This document shows, one piece after another, positions 13,135 through 25,921 of a stretch of 64,000 nt of DNA (its first letter is position 1; each line of letters begins with the position of its first letter). A model generated the notes under the pieces. It saw only the letters and a list, made by a program, of their open reading frames with translations. It did no database searches and was not told the origin of the DNA. The stretch comes from Lytechinus pictus (lineage: Eukaryota): assembly GCF_037042905.1 (NCBI RefSeq), contig NC_087252.1:7256001-7320000 (forward strand), in the 5' to 3' direction. A program made the translations under genes and the position numbers.

Positions 13135-16100
13135 TACATGGTTACATGGTTATCCTACATGGTTACACTATAGGCCTATATATATATCATTTGTTTGTGA
13201 TCTTATATCGAAGCACTGTGTTTCTTTACCAGTTCATCAGGGAGGACTTGTCTTCCTTTTAAAAATATATTTCAGTTTCATCTGGATAGAAAAATGTCTT
13301 GTATCTCAGAAAAAAACATTTCCTTCTGACAACTATTGTATTTCATTCAGTGAATTTTATACTTGCAAAGCATATTTGACAAACTTCCAAGATTATTTTG
13401 GGTCTATCTGTTCGATTTCGGAAGAAAGAGAAATATCAGATTCAGACAAAATGGTTTCAAGTTTTACAGGTCAATCCTATTTTAATCTCGATTGCTTGGC
13501 TTATTAAAGATGAATGATAATAACTTGGGTTCTTTGTGGTGGTTGTTTTTCCAATATTTAAGGGCCTATAAATATAGGACACTACAATGTTATTTCATAG
13601 AGTTAAACTGAATCAAGGTTGACATTGGTTAATGACAAAAAGATTTCAATTTGTTTTTTGATGATGAGATTTATGAATAAACCTTTAGGAATTAAATCTA
13701 GATCTCGAGGTCGACACTATCCACAGTTTATTTTGATTTATTTAAATCCCTGTAATTTTTAGGATATAGGCCTGGTTTTCTGTGTAATCCCATACTTTGC
13801 TTGTTTTTATATTTCTTTATTATAAATTATGTTCTTCTTATAGTTATTCATATTATGGCATTTAGCAATTGCAATATTATGTGTAGGTCTGAAATAGAAG
13901 TTTGTTAATGTTTAGAATGAGTTATAAGCAAAAGGGAGACTACTGTAGGTGAAAAAAAAAGAAAACGAAAGAGCATATAAAAGCATAGTCTAGTGTATAA
14001 CACTTGAGCTAGATTGAAAGAAGAATTAAACTTTGGCTTGAAGGTTTGTGAACATATGATTTTGTTTTGCTGCTGCCCATCATAACCCAGAAACCACAAA
14101 TGATAAAAAGGATATGATATTTTTGTGGCTTTGCTAGTCGGAAATTGACCAATCTTGTTGGGTAATACTGCATTTATCACACTTTAGCTATGACATTAAT
14201 CTTTGCATGTACCAAGTGTTATAAATCTAAAGGGCAGTCCACTCATATGTCTCTTCTTTTTTTAAGGCAGAATGAATATTTTTTGGCTCCAAAGGGGATG
14301 TAAGCTTTGAGTAACTTGGTACAGAACAGGAATTAACAAAATGGCTATCATCCGAAACAATCGAGGAGTAAGATTGAAGTAGGAAATAACCCAAAATAGT
14401 GCCAACTATTATTGATAGGAATTGAGATAGAGACAGTAGACACCGTGGTTCCCCAATGGGTTGTGTGGTGCTATGACTGAGAGGACAGTTCATGAAAAAT
14501 ATGGAGGTGCAAACATGAAAAGTATGGAGGTGCAAACATGAAAAGCTGTTTGTGGGACTGTAGGGTTCAATGTGCAGTAACTGCTCTATTATGTTAATTG
14601 TGAAAGAGATAGCTCGTCTGTGCATACATTGTGGGAATACACTCATCCATGTGTGGGATATCTATGGTCTTAAAGGGGGAGGTCATTCAAGTATATGATG
14701 GCTAAAGTAGGCTTGGTATTAGTCTTCTTTCTGCAGTACATGTATATGTTGAGGGTTACCACTGCATAGTACATGTGAAGGATTAATGGGATATGGTTTA
14801 AGTAGGGCTATATGCCTTCAATTTAAATAAGTTAGAGCTATAATAGGCTAGAGGTTTAGCATAGTTTCATCAGGGACTTCCCTGGTTTCATGTATTACAA
14901 AGATACAGCTGAGTAGATCTGCCCATTTCAGATGGGTTTAGGAGTGACTAGACCTACTCCATTGGAAGAATCGGTGGTCTTAAAGGGGGAAGCCACTCAC
15001 TGGAGTATTTCAGCTTAATATCATCTGTTTATTAGCCTCTGTTTAATACTTAATGTGTAAGCCTAGATGCATTGCTTTTTAATGCAATTTGTTTTATAAG
15101 GGATTACATTTTCTTGTTGTAGTGTACCAATTAGGCCCTATCTCGTCATTTTTCAGTATTCTTGCTGATAGTTAATCATCCAAAATATTCCAGGAGTAAT
15201 TTTGATAGGAGTGGTGGTTGAGGGTTGATTTAGGTGGTGTTTTTGTTTTAAAAATCTTGCTGGTCTCACAAATTATTGAGAAGCCAATGTGAGCCAAAGT
15301 TACGACATTAAAAAAAAAAGGATTCTACTTGCTCAACTTATTTGGATAAATACCGGTAACAATTGTGAAATTTTCGTGACTGATTAATAAAAAATCAATG
15401 TTTTGGAATATATTTTCACATTAGTTCCTCATTCGATGCCAGGTGTTTGTATGATATCATGCTATTCAGAATGATAAGAGGAATGTTTGAATTGTTTGCT
15501 TACACTGGCATCAAGACTTTGTCATAATTAACAACAAAAAATCCTCTTTTCAAGTGGCATGATTTGCCAAGCCTGGTATTTAGCTGACTGAACGATCCAG
15601 ATAAAACTTCCTTGTTTTCTCTCAGAGTATTTTTTGGTAAGGGCCCATTATGAATTCACATTCAAAAGCTGCCTTTTCTGCCAGTGGTTGACTCCAAGCT
15701 TTTTTTAAACTTGAAGTTGGTATTTCCCCCCATTTTCTCATTTTATGACTTCAGAATATTTGTAACCTAAATAAATTCTGGGATGCACTTTAGGGTATTT
15801 TGCAACCTGTAATTCTTTCATTGTCTATCCAATATACTAGTACAAATACTGTTATGCCATGAAATAATTGTAAGACATCATATTTTCGGTTGCAACAGAC
15901 TCCAGAAATAACAGGATAATTCAAAATTCAGGCAGATGCAGAGAGTTGGCTGATGTATAGTAGGTCCATGGTTGAACGAGAGGAGCGTTGTTTCTGTCCT
16001 GTTTCTAGGGTGGTGATAATTTGTTGGTTTTGACAGTTGTGACCCCCTTGGCATGCAGTGTCATCTCTTACCATGTTATCTGTAAAATGATTATTCATCA

Positions 16101-16734
16101 TGCAAAAACATAGTTGGCAAAAACAAAATGTTTTATTGGATCATTCCTGGTTTTATCCTTACTTTTAGATATTATGTGATGATAAGCCATATCTCTCTAG
16201 AGAAATTTGTTGTCATGATAATACATCCTCAATTTTCTTCTTTTCATCCTCCTCCCCTTTCTCTTTCTCCTTGTTCTCATCCTTGTCATTTTTTCTCCTT
16301 TTTATTTTCTCAGAATATAGTTATCTCACCTTTTCTGCTTTCTTTTATAGCAAAAATTCAAAATAAACAAATTATAACACTGTGTTAGTCTCTTGGTGGA
16401 TGGTATTTTCTTGTAAAAAAAATTTGTATAATTTTTTATGATAAAATTATTTTCTTCATTTGAGAGTAATTTGAAGAATATTTAGCTTCTTTTAAAATGA
16501 TGTTAGATTGTCCTCACTTGGAAAAAATATTCTTTGCATATTTTCCCTTATTTAATAGAATGTATATTAAAGTAGGTCTACATGTTTCTTTAAGAAATGG
16601 TTATCTGAAGTAAAAGTGAAATAAAAATGGAAATCTGCACATTGCAATGGTTATGTGATCTTACACTGTTATGCACAATCATGTTGATTGAGCATCTTGT
16701 ATAATTTGTTTGTATATAAAAGGATTGCCAACAG

Positions 16735-16794
16735 GTGCACCACTTACACCAACCAATACATCAGAAGGGGGGCCGCCTGATGGTATTCCTCAAG
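16735..16794 (+). CDS. Receptor gene: Pro/Thr/Gly-rich membrane-proximal stalk exon (phase 1-1)
   Basis: ccaacag|GTGCACC...CCTCAAG|gtgaag encodes (G)APLTPTNTSEGGPPDGIPQ with an NTS sequon. It joins the TM exon in frame (G+AT=D). An in-frame alternative acceptor at 16723 and donor at 16782 exist, so boundaries are uncertain. Confidence 0.55.
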
Positions 16795-18249
16795 GTGAAG
16801 ATGTCTTAAATTTGCCTGCTATATCACCAAAAATGAAGCGCGGCAATACTTTAAAAATAGCAATTTTTTATCTCACTTTTAATAAAAAGTTGTTAAGATT
16901 GCATTTCTTCTGTGCATTCTGAATGCTAAAAATCACACAGGTTTCACAACTATGGCACACAAATTCAAGAAAAAAAATAATTCATAGCAAAAATGTTTCA
17001 AGTCAATGCATATTTAAGCAGATATGAAAAAGGTATTGAAAGCTCCTCCCCTCCTACCCCCCCCCCCCAAAAAAAAATGCTAAAACTTAAAAAAAATTAA
17101 GGCAAATTGCACGGATGATATTCACACTAAACTCCTGGTGGTTCTAATAAAAGCTGAAAAATAATATAAACATAATTGAGGATAAAGATAGATAACAGTA
17201 AATGAACAAATAAATAGATAAGTAAATAAATTAATAAATTATGTGAAACAAGTAAGTAAATGAGTAAATGAATAAATAAATAAATAAATAAATACATGAA
17301 TAAATAGATAAAATCACAGTCTGTTTCTCTCACCTTTTTTGTTTTTATTAAAACCAACATGAGTTTGGACTTTCCTTTTAAGTAAACAGAGTGGCCATCT
17401 TTATTTTCCCCATCCATTACCTCCTCAAAGCAGGGGCGCTGCAGGTTCCATTCAATTCTATTTTCCTCTCAAAATTGTATGAACACACATTGTTTTATTG
17501 CAAAGATCTAAAAATACTGCTTTACAATAAAATGCATTTTCAATTTTGCATCCTTCACAATACCATAGGCCCTTAAGTTTATCCAAAAGCAAAAAAATAA
17601 AAATAAATAAATACTCATAAAAAAGTTGTACATGTACATCATTTCAAAGATCTGTTCATGTTCTACAATGCAAAGCACTACATATTTTTCTTTTTCCTCT
17701 ATGAAATTGGCTGTTTTCATATTCATAATTCATCTTGTTCATTATTTTTTTTTACAAATTATGAAAACATTTTTTTTTACAAGAAATGGCTTGAGGCCTC
17801 TATCCTCTTTTGTTTTGCCAATGGATTTGAATGACAATCCCTTTGTTATTTTTGGCAGAGTAACATATTATGAAGTATGAAATTAATCAAGCCAAATTTC
17901 TTTCTCAAGCTCCTAGGAAAAGCAGCAAGCAGCAGCCATAAACCATTGTTCTTCTATGGTGATGGACAGTGGAGGCCTCATATAATGTTGTGCTGTCATG
18001 TGCATTGTCAAATAGAAATAATAAATTTTCATAGTGGCATATCATAAGAGGGAATCATTGGTTAGTTAATAATATTGCCTTGTGTGCTGGGTATAAAGTT
18101 ATTTCATACATGTAAGGGTGTGGAGTTAGTTTATGATATTGACTGAAATCACAACACATGGGTGTGTAGTAATAGGCCTATATTCATTATTGGCGTACCA
18201 TAACAGCATGGCGTACATCATACATGTAGAGGGCATTAGTTACCCACTC

Positions 18250-18412
18250 CAGGGGAGCGTTTCGTGAAAAGACAGGTCGGACGGTTTATCAGACAGGTCC
18301 CATTTTATCCGACAATTACCATAGTAAAAGTACTTTTTATCCAATCAGAACCAACGAAAGACGTCGGATCTGACTTCTTGTCGGACAAAAATGTTGGTGA
18401 AACGCTCCCCTG
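18250..18412. mobile_element. Harbinger-type MITE
   Basis: Perfect terminal inversion caggggagcgtttc / gaaacgctcccctg. Confidence 0.75.
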
Positions 18413-18632
18413 ATATCTGTTGATCAGTTATCTCATGTCTGAGGTGATGGCCAATTATTCTACTGATCCAAAGGTAGAAAATTATACTAAATAATTTGCA
18501 TAATTCAAAACAAAATCAATATCTATGTGTGTCCTTGCTATTTGATAACTCACCTTTTTGTTAAATCCATGACCGGTCAAATAAATTATCTTATAGCTGG
18601 TGGTCAACTCCAGTCATGAGTACAATATGTTA

Positions 18633-18757
18633 AACAAAATGAATGCCTTTTCATTTCTACGCACTTAACCAGAATACAGTCAGGTATGTAGATTCTACGT
18701 AATTATATGACTGTATTCTAGTTAAGTGCATAGAAATTAAAAGGCATTCATTTTGTT
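18633..18757. repeat. ~125-bp hairpin (foldback/MITE)
   Basis: aacaaaatgaatgccttttcatttctacgcacttaaccagaatacagtca is matched by tgactgtattctagttaagtgcatagaaattaaaaggcattcattttgtt with few mismatches. Confidence 0.8.
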
Positions 18758-20121
18758 GTAGAATCCACTTCATCATCATATAATTGTAATTCATGATAAT
18801 GCCTGAATACTTGTAGTGACTGGAGATTGAAATTTGGTTTCATGAATTACTCACATTTTATATAAATTGGCCAGAAGTAAGCACTTTGCATTTTCTTGAT
18901 TACAGTCCAAATTTATCCGAATTAGGTTAAATGAGTAGATTCCATTGTGGTAGGGAGGTCTTCATGGAACAAAATTGGGTGATATGCAGAGATGATTATT
19001 CATTCAAAGTATCAAATTAATAAAGCCTGCTGAATTATGACTAAGCATACATGATGGCTAAAAACCAAAATACGAAGATGAATTGTAATTTCATGATAGT
19101 GCCCTTCGTTGGTATGGTATACTATAAATCTTCAAATCCTTGTCTCTCAGATAGGCATTGAATGAACTGTATATCCCCTGGATTACTAAGAAGGGGTACA
19201 ATGATTACAATATCAAAGGATGTATTACCTTTTATTAGTTTTACTTTATAAAGTAGAAAAATATTAAAAATTGCCTAGAATCAGTTTATGGCTTGATAAG
19301 ATGTCCATTATAAAGAGCTTTTCCAATCTATCTCAAGAGTGTGTACTGGATGATAGTTGACCTGTAGGGTTTAAATCAGTCTTAGATGCTCTTTAATTTT
19401 CTTATCCTTATATGTAGACAGATCATTTACCTCTTTTTCCCTTTCTTGTTGTATGAAGTGACAGTGATTGTCACCCATTAATAACTATTTGGTATTGGTG
19501 GGATATCTATTTCTTTTCATTAGCAGCTTGCCTTTAAAAGCGTGAAGGAACACATATTAACCTATCAAAAGAGCAAACTTATCAGGTTTCCTATTGTCTT
19601 TGCTCATACAGTATCAAAGGCATCATCTGTTTACCACGGTTCCATAGACATGCATGGTTAATGAAGGGTGCAGGTACCTAACACTGATATCATCCAGTTC
19701 TGATATTGCTGATTGTAATTCCTGGCTATTCTTTGCTCTAGGGCTTCTAGTAATTCTATAAATATGCTGGTTATCAAATGGCTAAATAATGAAAGCAAGT
19801 TATGAAGGGCTGGGAACATGTGTAGATGGTACAGTACCGCCCGGTAATAGTATAATGGAGGAGGAGGGGGGGGGGGTCAGTCAGGCATACAGAAAAGTTG
19901 CTGGTCGGGCATAGGAAGAAAAAAATAAACAGATGGACAGAAAGACATTTCATTTCATTACAGAAAAAATAGGTAAAGAAGAGAGAGAGAGATAGTCAGT
20001 AAATGTATACAGTAATATATCGAGATTATAGAATTAAAAATTAAAACAAAGGAATGAATTGCTGAAAATAGAATCTTAAACAATAAAGCAAGGAGAAAGT
20101 ATGTATAGAAAGTCATATTAA

Positions 20122-20695
20122 AGGGATCGTTTAACTTTATGAGCAGCTGATTTAAAAAATTCTCAAACTGAGTTGAAACGTGCGTATGAGTGCCTGTATT
20201 TGTCCCCAAAAACCCTGAAACAGACCACAATATAGGATGAAAAACTCTAATTTAGATACAAGTAGCAATTTATTAGCCTGATTTTGAGAACCGTCTAGTA
20301 GACGGGTTCAGCTTATGACCAGTTTACTCCAATTCAAAAAGTCCGTTGGCTGTTTTGACTGCATTCTGTTGTGTGTATCTCCTTTACACACACTATTTAG
20401 CTGCACTGTACATTCAGTGTATACCTTGTACACACTGTATGTAGGTCATGCTGTGTTCATCTAGAATTAATGTGTTGTGGTGCACAGATTCCCTGTATAC
20501 ATATAGTCATTGAAACCAACTCCCAATTATTTCAAACTTTGGTTTACATCTCCAAGGTTTTAAAATTGATCCTGTAAATATAATACTTTGAAACTTTTGG
20601 GATGGTTTTTTTTACACTATAAGCCTAATGTTTAGCCCATTTTCAGGAACCAAAAGGAGAATTTTTTTTAATCAGAACAAAGTGAAATGATCACT
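20122..20695. mobile_element. Kolobok-like non-autonomous DNA transposon (TTAA TSD)
   Basis: TTAA at 20118-21 and 20696-99; TIRs agggatcgtttaacttt / aaagtgaaatgatcact (14/17). Confidence 0.6.
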
Positions 20696-21746
20696 TTAAG
20701 AACACAGCTTTCATTGCAATATGCTAGATGTTAAGGCATACTATTAAATATAGGGCAATTAGGAAAACCAATAAGGAGTGAAAATAACGCTTCACTCCCC
20801 ACTATTATAGCTCCGCTTAAAATCGCTAAAACAGGCAGTCTAACCCAAGATTAAGTTTGAAGCTGTTTAAGTCATTTGCGCATCTGTCCCTTCATATAAT
20901 GCTACAGTGCTTGTCATTTGGTTTTATGAAGTGGAACAGTCAAGGAAGTATTACTTTAAGGTCAATATTACTTTAAGATGTCAAGTTGTATTAGATACGG
21001 TACTAAATTACAACTGCAACTTTTATAGGCCCTTTCCCATTGAGATTGAGATCAAAATTTGGGCCGGCCAAAACCGATACAGCCAGGCATGCATATATGC
21101 ATTCATTGCATTGGGTTTAGGCCAGCCAAACTCCTCCACCCCTTTCATATCAAAGGTAACCATTAGGGTTTGGTCAGGTCCAGAAATGCCTCTTTACCTG
21201 GCCAGGGTAGCCAATTTTTTTTTTCCAGACTAGCCTGTAATCGGGCTGGCCAAATTCATGCTTTCTCAATCACATACAATTTTCGGCCAGCCCATAAAAT
21301 GATAATTGTTTGATGCCTTGGAATAAGGCATGAATTTGATAAATCACTGCCGCTATGCACTAACCCCTCATGGCTGTAAATGCACCTGTCATACAAGTAT
21401 GCGCTATTCTTCTTATTATTAATATGAAATGTTTATACTTGCATGGCATGCTTTGGTTATCATGGATTTGAAACATGAAAATATACACCTTTTATGATTT
21501 AATTTCCTTACATTTGGATACATCATTCAACTTGTGTTTTATTTTTTTTTTGTTTCTTGGAGGTTTAATTTGGAAAGTCACATTTTCAATACTTACAGGA
21601 ATGCATTCCATGTTATTTTTTCCCATGACCGTCAACTTGAATAGAGAGCATACTAAAGATTTTGTGAATAATAAACCTGACTTATGTATTGTAGGTTGCA
21701 CAGTTTGTATACTGTGCCTTTGTTTCAAATCTTATAGATTATACAG

Positions 21747-21902
21747 CGGTCACATTTGCTCTATGGCAGCCGTAGGGCGAGTAAAAAACAGCCGTTTTAT
21801 TCACTTTTATTTCAAACCACCTATATGTAGCTGGTACATGTACAAAAAAATTTACAACGGCCGTTTTCAACTCGCCGTACAGCCACCTTAGAGCAAATGC
21901 GA
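21747..21902. mobile_element. Hairpin MITE family 'ggtcacatttgctctacgg', copy 1
   Basis: cggtcacatttgctctatggcagccgta...tacagccaccttagagcaaatg; homologous to 25244-25410 and 29153-29306. Confidence 0.75.
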
Positions 21903-23362
21903 AGTGAGTTTTACTTTGCTAAAATGTATTTTGCCATACAGTATAATAAACTTGTGTTATTATTAGATGCCATTTTCCATAAGTGATATGCACTCTGAAA
22001 TGATATGCACAGTCTGTTGCAATTATGGCGTAGGAAGCTATTAGCAAAATGGAGTGTGATCAATAATGGGTAGTTGAGGTTTGCATCAACGTCGGGTCGT
22101 CATCATGGTAACAGACTCTGGTAGGAGGGACTTCCCCTTTTATGCTTGCATCGTAGTCTTTGAAGAGGACCTTTTTTAACCCTCCTTGTTGAAACCCTAA
22201 TACAGCATTATTTGGGTGAATACTTAGTTGCAAATGCAAACCTCTTTTACTTGTTCTAAAGTGTTCTGATGTTTGACAATAAGGCCATATGTATGTGGAG
22301 TCACTGGAGTGTATAATGTGCTGCCTGCCATAGCATCTCGGCCTATATTTCAACTGTTGTTGAATAAAGAGACTGACCAATCTCTACACTCATCTCAAGT
22401 CTTCATGAATTGTTGTTTGAGATATGGGGTCTGTGTGGCGAATCTAGATAATATTTGCTTAAGCAGGTTTAAAGGGTATAAATTGATTATATGTCTTTAA
22501 TAGAAAATGTTGCCAGGGTGTATATATGAAACAAGAGATATGTGTTTGTGTATTGTATTTGTAGCAACAATATGCTAACAGTCATGCTCCATTATCAGTT
22601 GTCAATCTATAGATCAAATATGACTTCAGAGACTGATATGTTATGGCAGAAACATGGTAGAGTCACTATAAACATGATGTTACTAGTACTTCGGACTTGG
22701 GGATGAATTAAAAATGTTTATCTGTAATAAATGAAACAAGGAACCAATTTTTAGGATTTCAATATATTTTCCCTTTAGATTGTTGCCTATGTTTCCATGA
22801 ATTTGATTGATCACAAATGATCAGTTTTTATAAACTCTCTGTAAACTCTTTTTCATCAGAATTTAGAAATATTTTTCGCTGATAAATGTGACCTCTTTGA
22901 ATTGGGTTTATCCATGTGAATTGTGATGGTCAGTAATAATCTCTGTGCGGTAGAGGTACACTAATGATGGTTTGATTTTCAAACTCTTCTCGTCTTAATC
23001 AGTTCTTAACTTTCTGAGACTTCAGGAGCTCTCAATTGCATTTAAAAACTACCTTTCCTTTTCTCTGCTTGAAATTAATTTCTCAATTGTAAAAGTATAA
23101 TTTTATTGCATTGTGGCTCTAGCTTTATATTTTATAATACCAAGCTATATGTTCATGTGATATTCTGGCATGTCAGCGAGCCCTTTACTTTTTAAGCCTC
23201 CTTTGCCCTATTATTGATATATTTATTTTGAGCTACCTGTTACTGTTATGCGCTTTACTTGTATCCTACTAACAATATGAGTTTATTCTCCAATAGTATT
23301 GTGCCAGCACCTTTACACTTTCTCACATAATATCCCAACTTCTGCTTGGATAAATGATACAA

Positions 23363-23513
23363 GGGTCCTGTTACACGAAAGTTATGGTAATTTTGCCATC
23401 CAATGGTAACTTCCATGGAATCCTTGATTCTGATTGGCTGTTGAATCGTTGAGTATCGTTACCATGGTAGTTACCATTTGGTGACATTATGGTATCTTTT
23501 GTGCAATGGGACC
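23363..23513. mobile_element. Harbinger-type MITE carrying a gttaccatggta palindrome and CCAAT, copy 1
   Basis: gggtcctgttacac...gtgcaatgggacc; internal ggaatccttgattctgattggctg shared with 23664-23822, 39495-39647 and 41683-41841. Confidence 0.7.
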
Positions 23514-23663
23514 AAGGTTAATTTCATTTATTATTAATGAATTTATGGATGTTTATTCTTCAACTTTCGAAACTTATTATTAGTATTTATTCAGCATTTT
23601 AAATATAGATAATACCAAGTTACAAACAGGTCAATGAGAAGATAAAGAAAACCAGGCCTGCAT

Positions 23664-23822
23664 GGGCTCTGTTGGATAAAATTTACTCTTATAGTTACTT
23701 TGCCATCCAGTAGTAGCTTCCATGGTAACAATGCTAATCAGCCAATCAGAATCAAGGATTCCATGCAAGTAAGCATTGGATGGCAAAGTTGCCATAATGG
23801 TAACTTTATGTAACAGGGCCCC
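23664..23822. mobile_element. Same MITE family, copy 2 (inverted relative to copy 1)
   Basis: gggctctgttggataaa...tttatgtaacagggccc; internal cagccaatcagaatcaaggattccatg. Confidence 0.7.
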
Positions 23823-24161
23823 GGATGAGAGGCTGCCTGGATATTGGAAAGGTTAACCCAATAACCATAACCCACAGGCCTTCTCCCCAATTACTTCATG
23901 GAAAAGTTTTTACCGTAATGCAATGTTTTATTTGACTGCAGAAATATGAAATTTGAATCCATTTGCAAACATTGTGATGGATTTGTAATATGTACAAGAA
24001 GCCATTGTTAGATTTTCCAGAACGTTACAGCAAGCACTTGTATTAGTACTAATATTATACACTGTAGATATTTACAGTGATAAAGAACAAACATCTGTTT
24101 TCAAAATTTTGATTTGACTTCCTTTAATGTTTTGGCTTTGGTCTTTTCTTATTAAATGTAG

Positions 24162-24263
24162 ATGGGGGCCTTTCAGTTGGAGCCATAGCAGGTATTGCAG
24201 TTGGAGCTATCATTGCCATCGCAGTCATCATCGTTCTGATCGTCGTATTTGTTGTGAAACCAG
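24162..24263 (+). CDS. Receptor gene: transmembrane exon (102 nt, phase 1-1)
   Basis: T-rich acceptor ...aaatgtag|ATGGGGGCC and donor CCAG|gtacgt. Encodes (D)GGLSVGAIAGIAVGAIIAIAVIIVLIVVFVVKP, a classic 'LSxGAIAGIxxG' type-I TM helix with no charged residue in the helix. Confidence 0.9.
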
Positions 24264-24880
24264 GTACGTGGACACCCTTCCTATGAACATTCATGAGTAT
24301 CCGATTTATCAATCGGTGCTCACGTGATGAAAGATAATTTCATTAGAAAAGAAATCTCTGTCAGGAGTGTCAGCAATGTGAATTTTTCTTGAAACATCTT
24401 GGCAGTTCTACCAAGGTTACGATATTTTGAAATAGTTAGAGCTAAAATCCAAAATTAGGCAATGTCCCAGACATGTCAAATAGCCAGTTGTCACTCCCAA
24501 ACCCTTTTGATCGATTTGACAGATCAAAGCAGAAAACCAACTTCAGTCAATATTTTGGATGCAGATCAACCTTGGATTAGATTACTGAAATATATGGCTC
24601 AAAAAGGGATATGAAACAGATATACTGGATGTTACCTTTGAAAATATTATAAAGAATATTTCATCATCAGTTAAAGCATTTGTTCATAAGGATATTGCAA
24701 ACAAAAATGTCCATATTGATCAACACAAATCTATGAAGATTATAATCACTTCTGTTGGTAATGTTTGCTTGCTATGGCAGCCAGTTTGATTTTCAAGATG
24801 GCGGCTCACCTAATTAATGCGCATTTCCAGAAATAGATGTAATAAAATATTTCATTTTTTTTATTTTGCTTTTATTTTAG

Positions 24881-24899
24881 ATTGCATCGGAGGATCGGG
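24881..24899 (+). CDS. Receptor gene: 19-nt juxtamembrane microexon (phase 1-2)
   Basis: Long T tract ...ttttattttag|ATTGCATCGGAGGATCGGG|gtgagt; encodes (D)CIGGS(G). Its phase shift makes the TM exon compatible with exon 39056. Confidence 0.8.
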
Positions 24900-25243
24900 G
24901 TGAGTTGCAGAGTCTACTCTTCTGTCAATCCATCTATCCTTCAATCCTTTCATCTGTGAATTTACTCCTTCCTTTTAATATTCATCTGTTAGTTTGTCTG
25001 TTCTCTTCTTAACCCATCTTCAAACATTTAACTAACTTGTCAGTCCGATTGGTGTTTCATAAAACTATTGATAAGTTATATTCAACTTAAACCCAAGATT
25101 GGAACATACATGCATTCTTGTGCTAGATAAGATGCCCCATATTTTCTGATGTTTTTTTATATTAATGGAACCAGATCTATATTTATAAAATAGGAAATTT
25201 ATGATGAAATTTTCAGCATTTCGCTCTGAATTTTACTCTTATT

Positions 25244-25410
25244 TATGCCTTGGTCACATTTGCTCTACGGCGGCCGTACGGCGAGTCGAAAACAGCCGTT
25301 TTACTCATTTTAATTAAAACCACCTATTATGTAGCTGGTACACAAAATGTTAAAACGGCTGTTTTCGACTCGCCGTACGGCCGCCGTAGAGCAAATGTGA
25401 CCGATGTATA
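25244..25410. mobile_element. Hairpin MITE family 'ggtcacatttgctctacgg', copy 2 (best preserved)
   Basis: ggtcacatttgctctacggcggccgtacggcgagtcgaaaacagccgtttt / aaaacggctgttttcgactcgccgtacggccgccgtagagcaaatgtgacc form a perfect inversion. Confidence 0.85.
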
Positions 25411-25520
25411 AGATGTAAATATTTTCAGCCCAGAGCATCCCTTTAAGAACCGCTTTATGAAACATTCCCTTCTCTTAATAGTCCCAATTAGAATGGAATC
25501 GGGTTGTCTTTCATCTCTGA

Positions 25521-25921
25521 AGGCCACCGCACACCGTACGACCCGACTGGTCTACGACTGGCTTGCGACTGAGTGAGGGGAGATGTGATGTCACAGCTCC
25601 TGTCAGCTTGAGAGTCGCAGACCGGTCAGAGACAAGTCGCAAGGGAAATCGTAAGGATTTGACATGTCGAATCCTTATGACTAGATTGCAAGCTCAATCC
25701 AACTTCCAGCCAATCAGACAGCAGAGTTGCACGACGCAAATATGATTTAAAACGCGCTTATGCACTAGTAAGTGCATTTCTCAGTTGCTATGGCAAAAAG
25801 CAAAAAGCGCATGGTTGTCAGATCGCAAGGTGTGCGATTATGACTACCTTGCGATTCATCTCCCATCACACAGTAGCAGACCAGTCGTAGACCAGTCAGG
25901 TCGTAAGGTGTGCGGTGGCCT
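25521..25921. mobile_element. Harbinger-type MITE (~400 bp)
   Basis: TIRs aggccaccgcacaccgtacgacccgactggtctacgactgg / ccagtcgtagaccagtcaggtcgtaaggtgtgcggtggcct; flanks tga/tta. Confidence 0.85.

Noticed and set aside
13103..14646. Longest ORFs in the track (134 and 139 aa; also 21475-21891)
   Set aside because: No recognisable domain or splice context, composition typical of translated AT-rich intron, and partial overlap with repeats.
21025..21295. Cluster of ggccagcc/ggctggcc motifs after aggccctttcccattgag
   Set aside because: Probably one end of a DNA transposon, but no matching second TIR or TSD was found.
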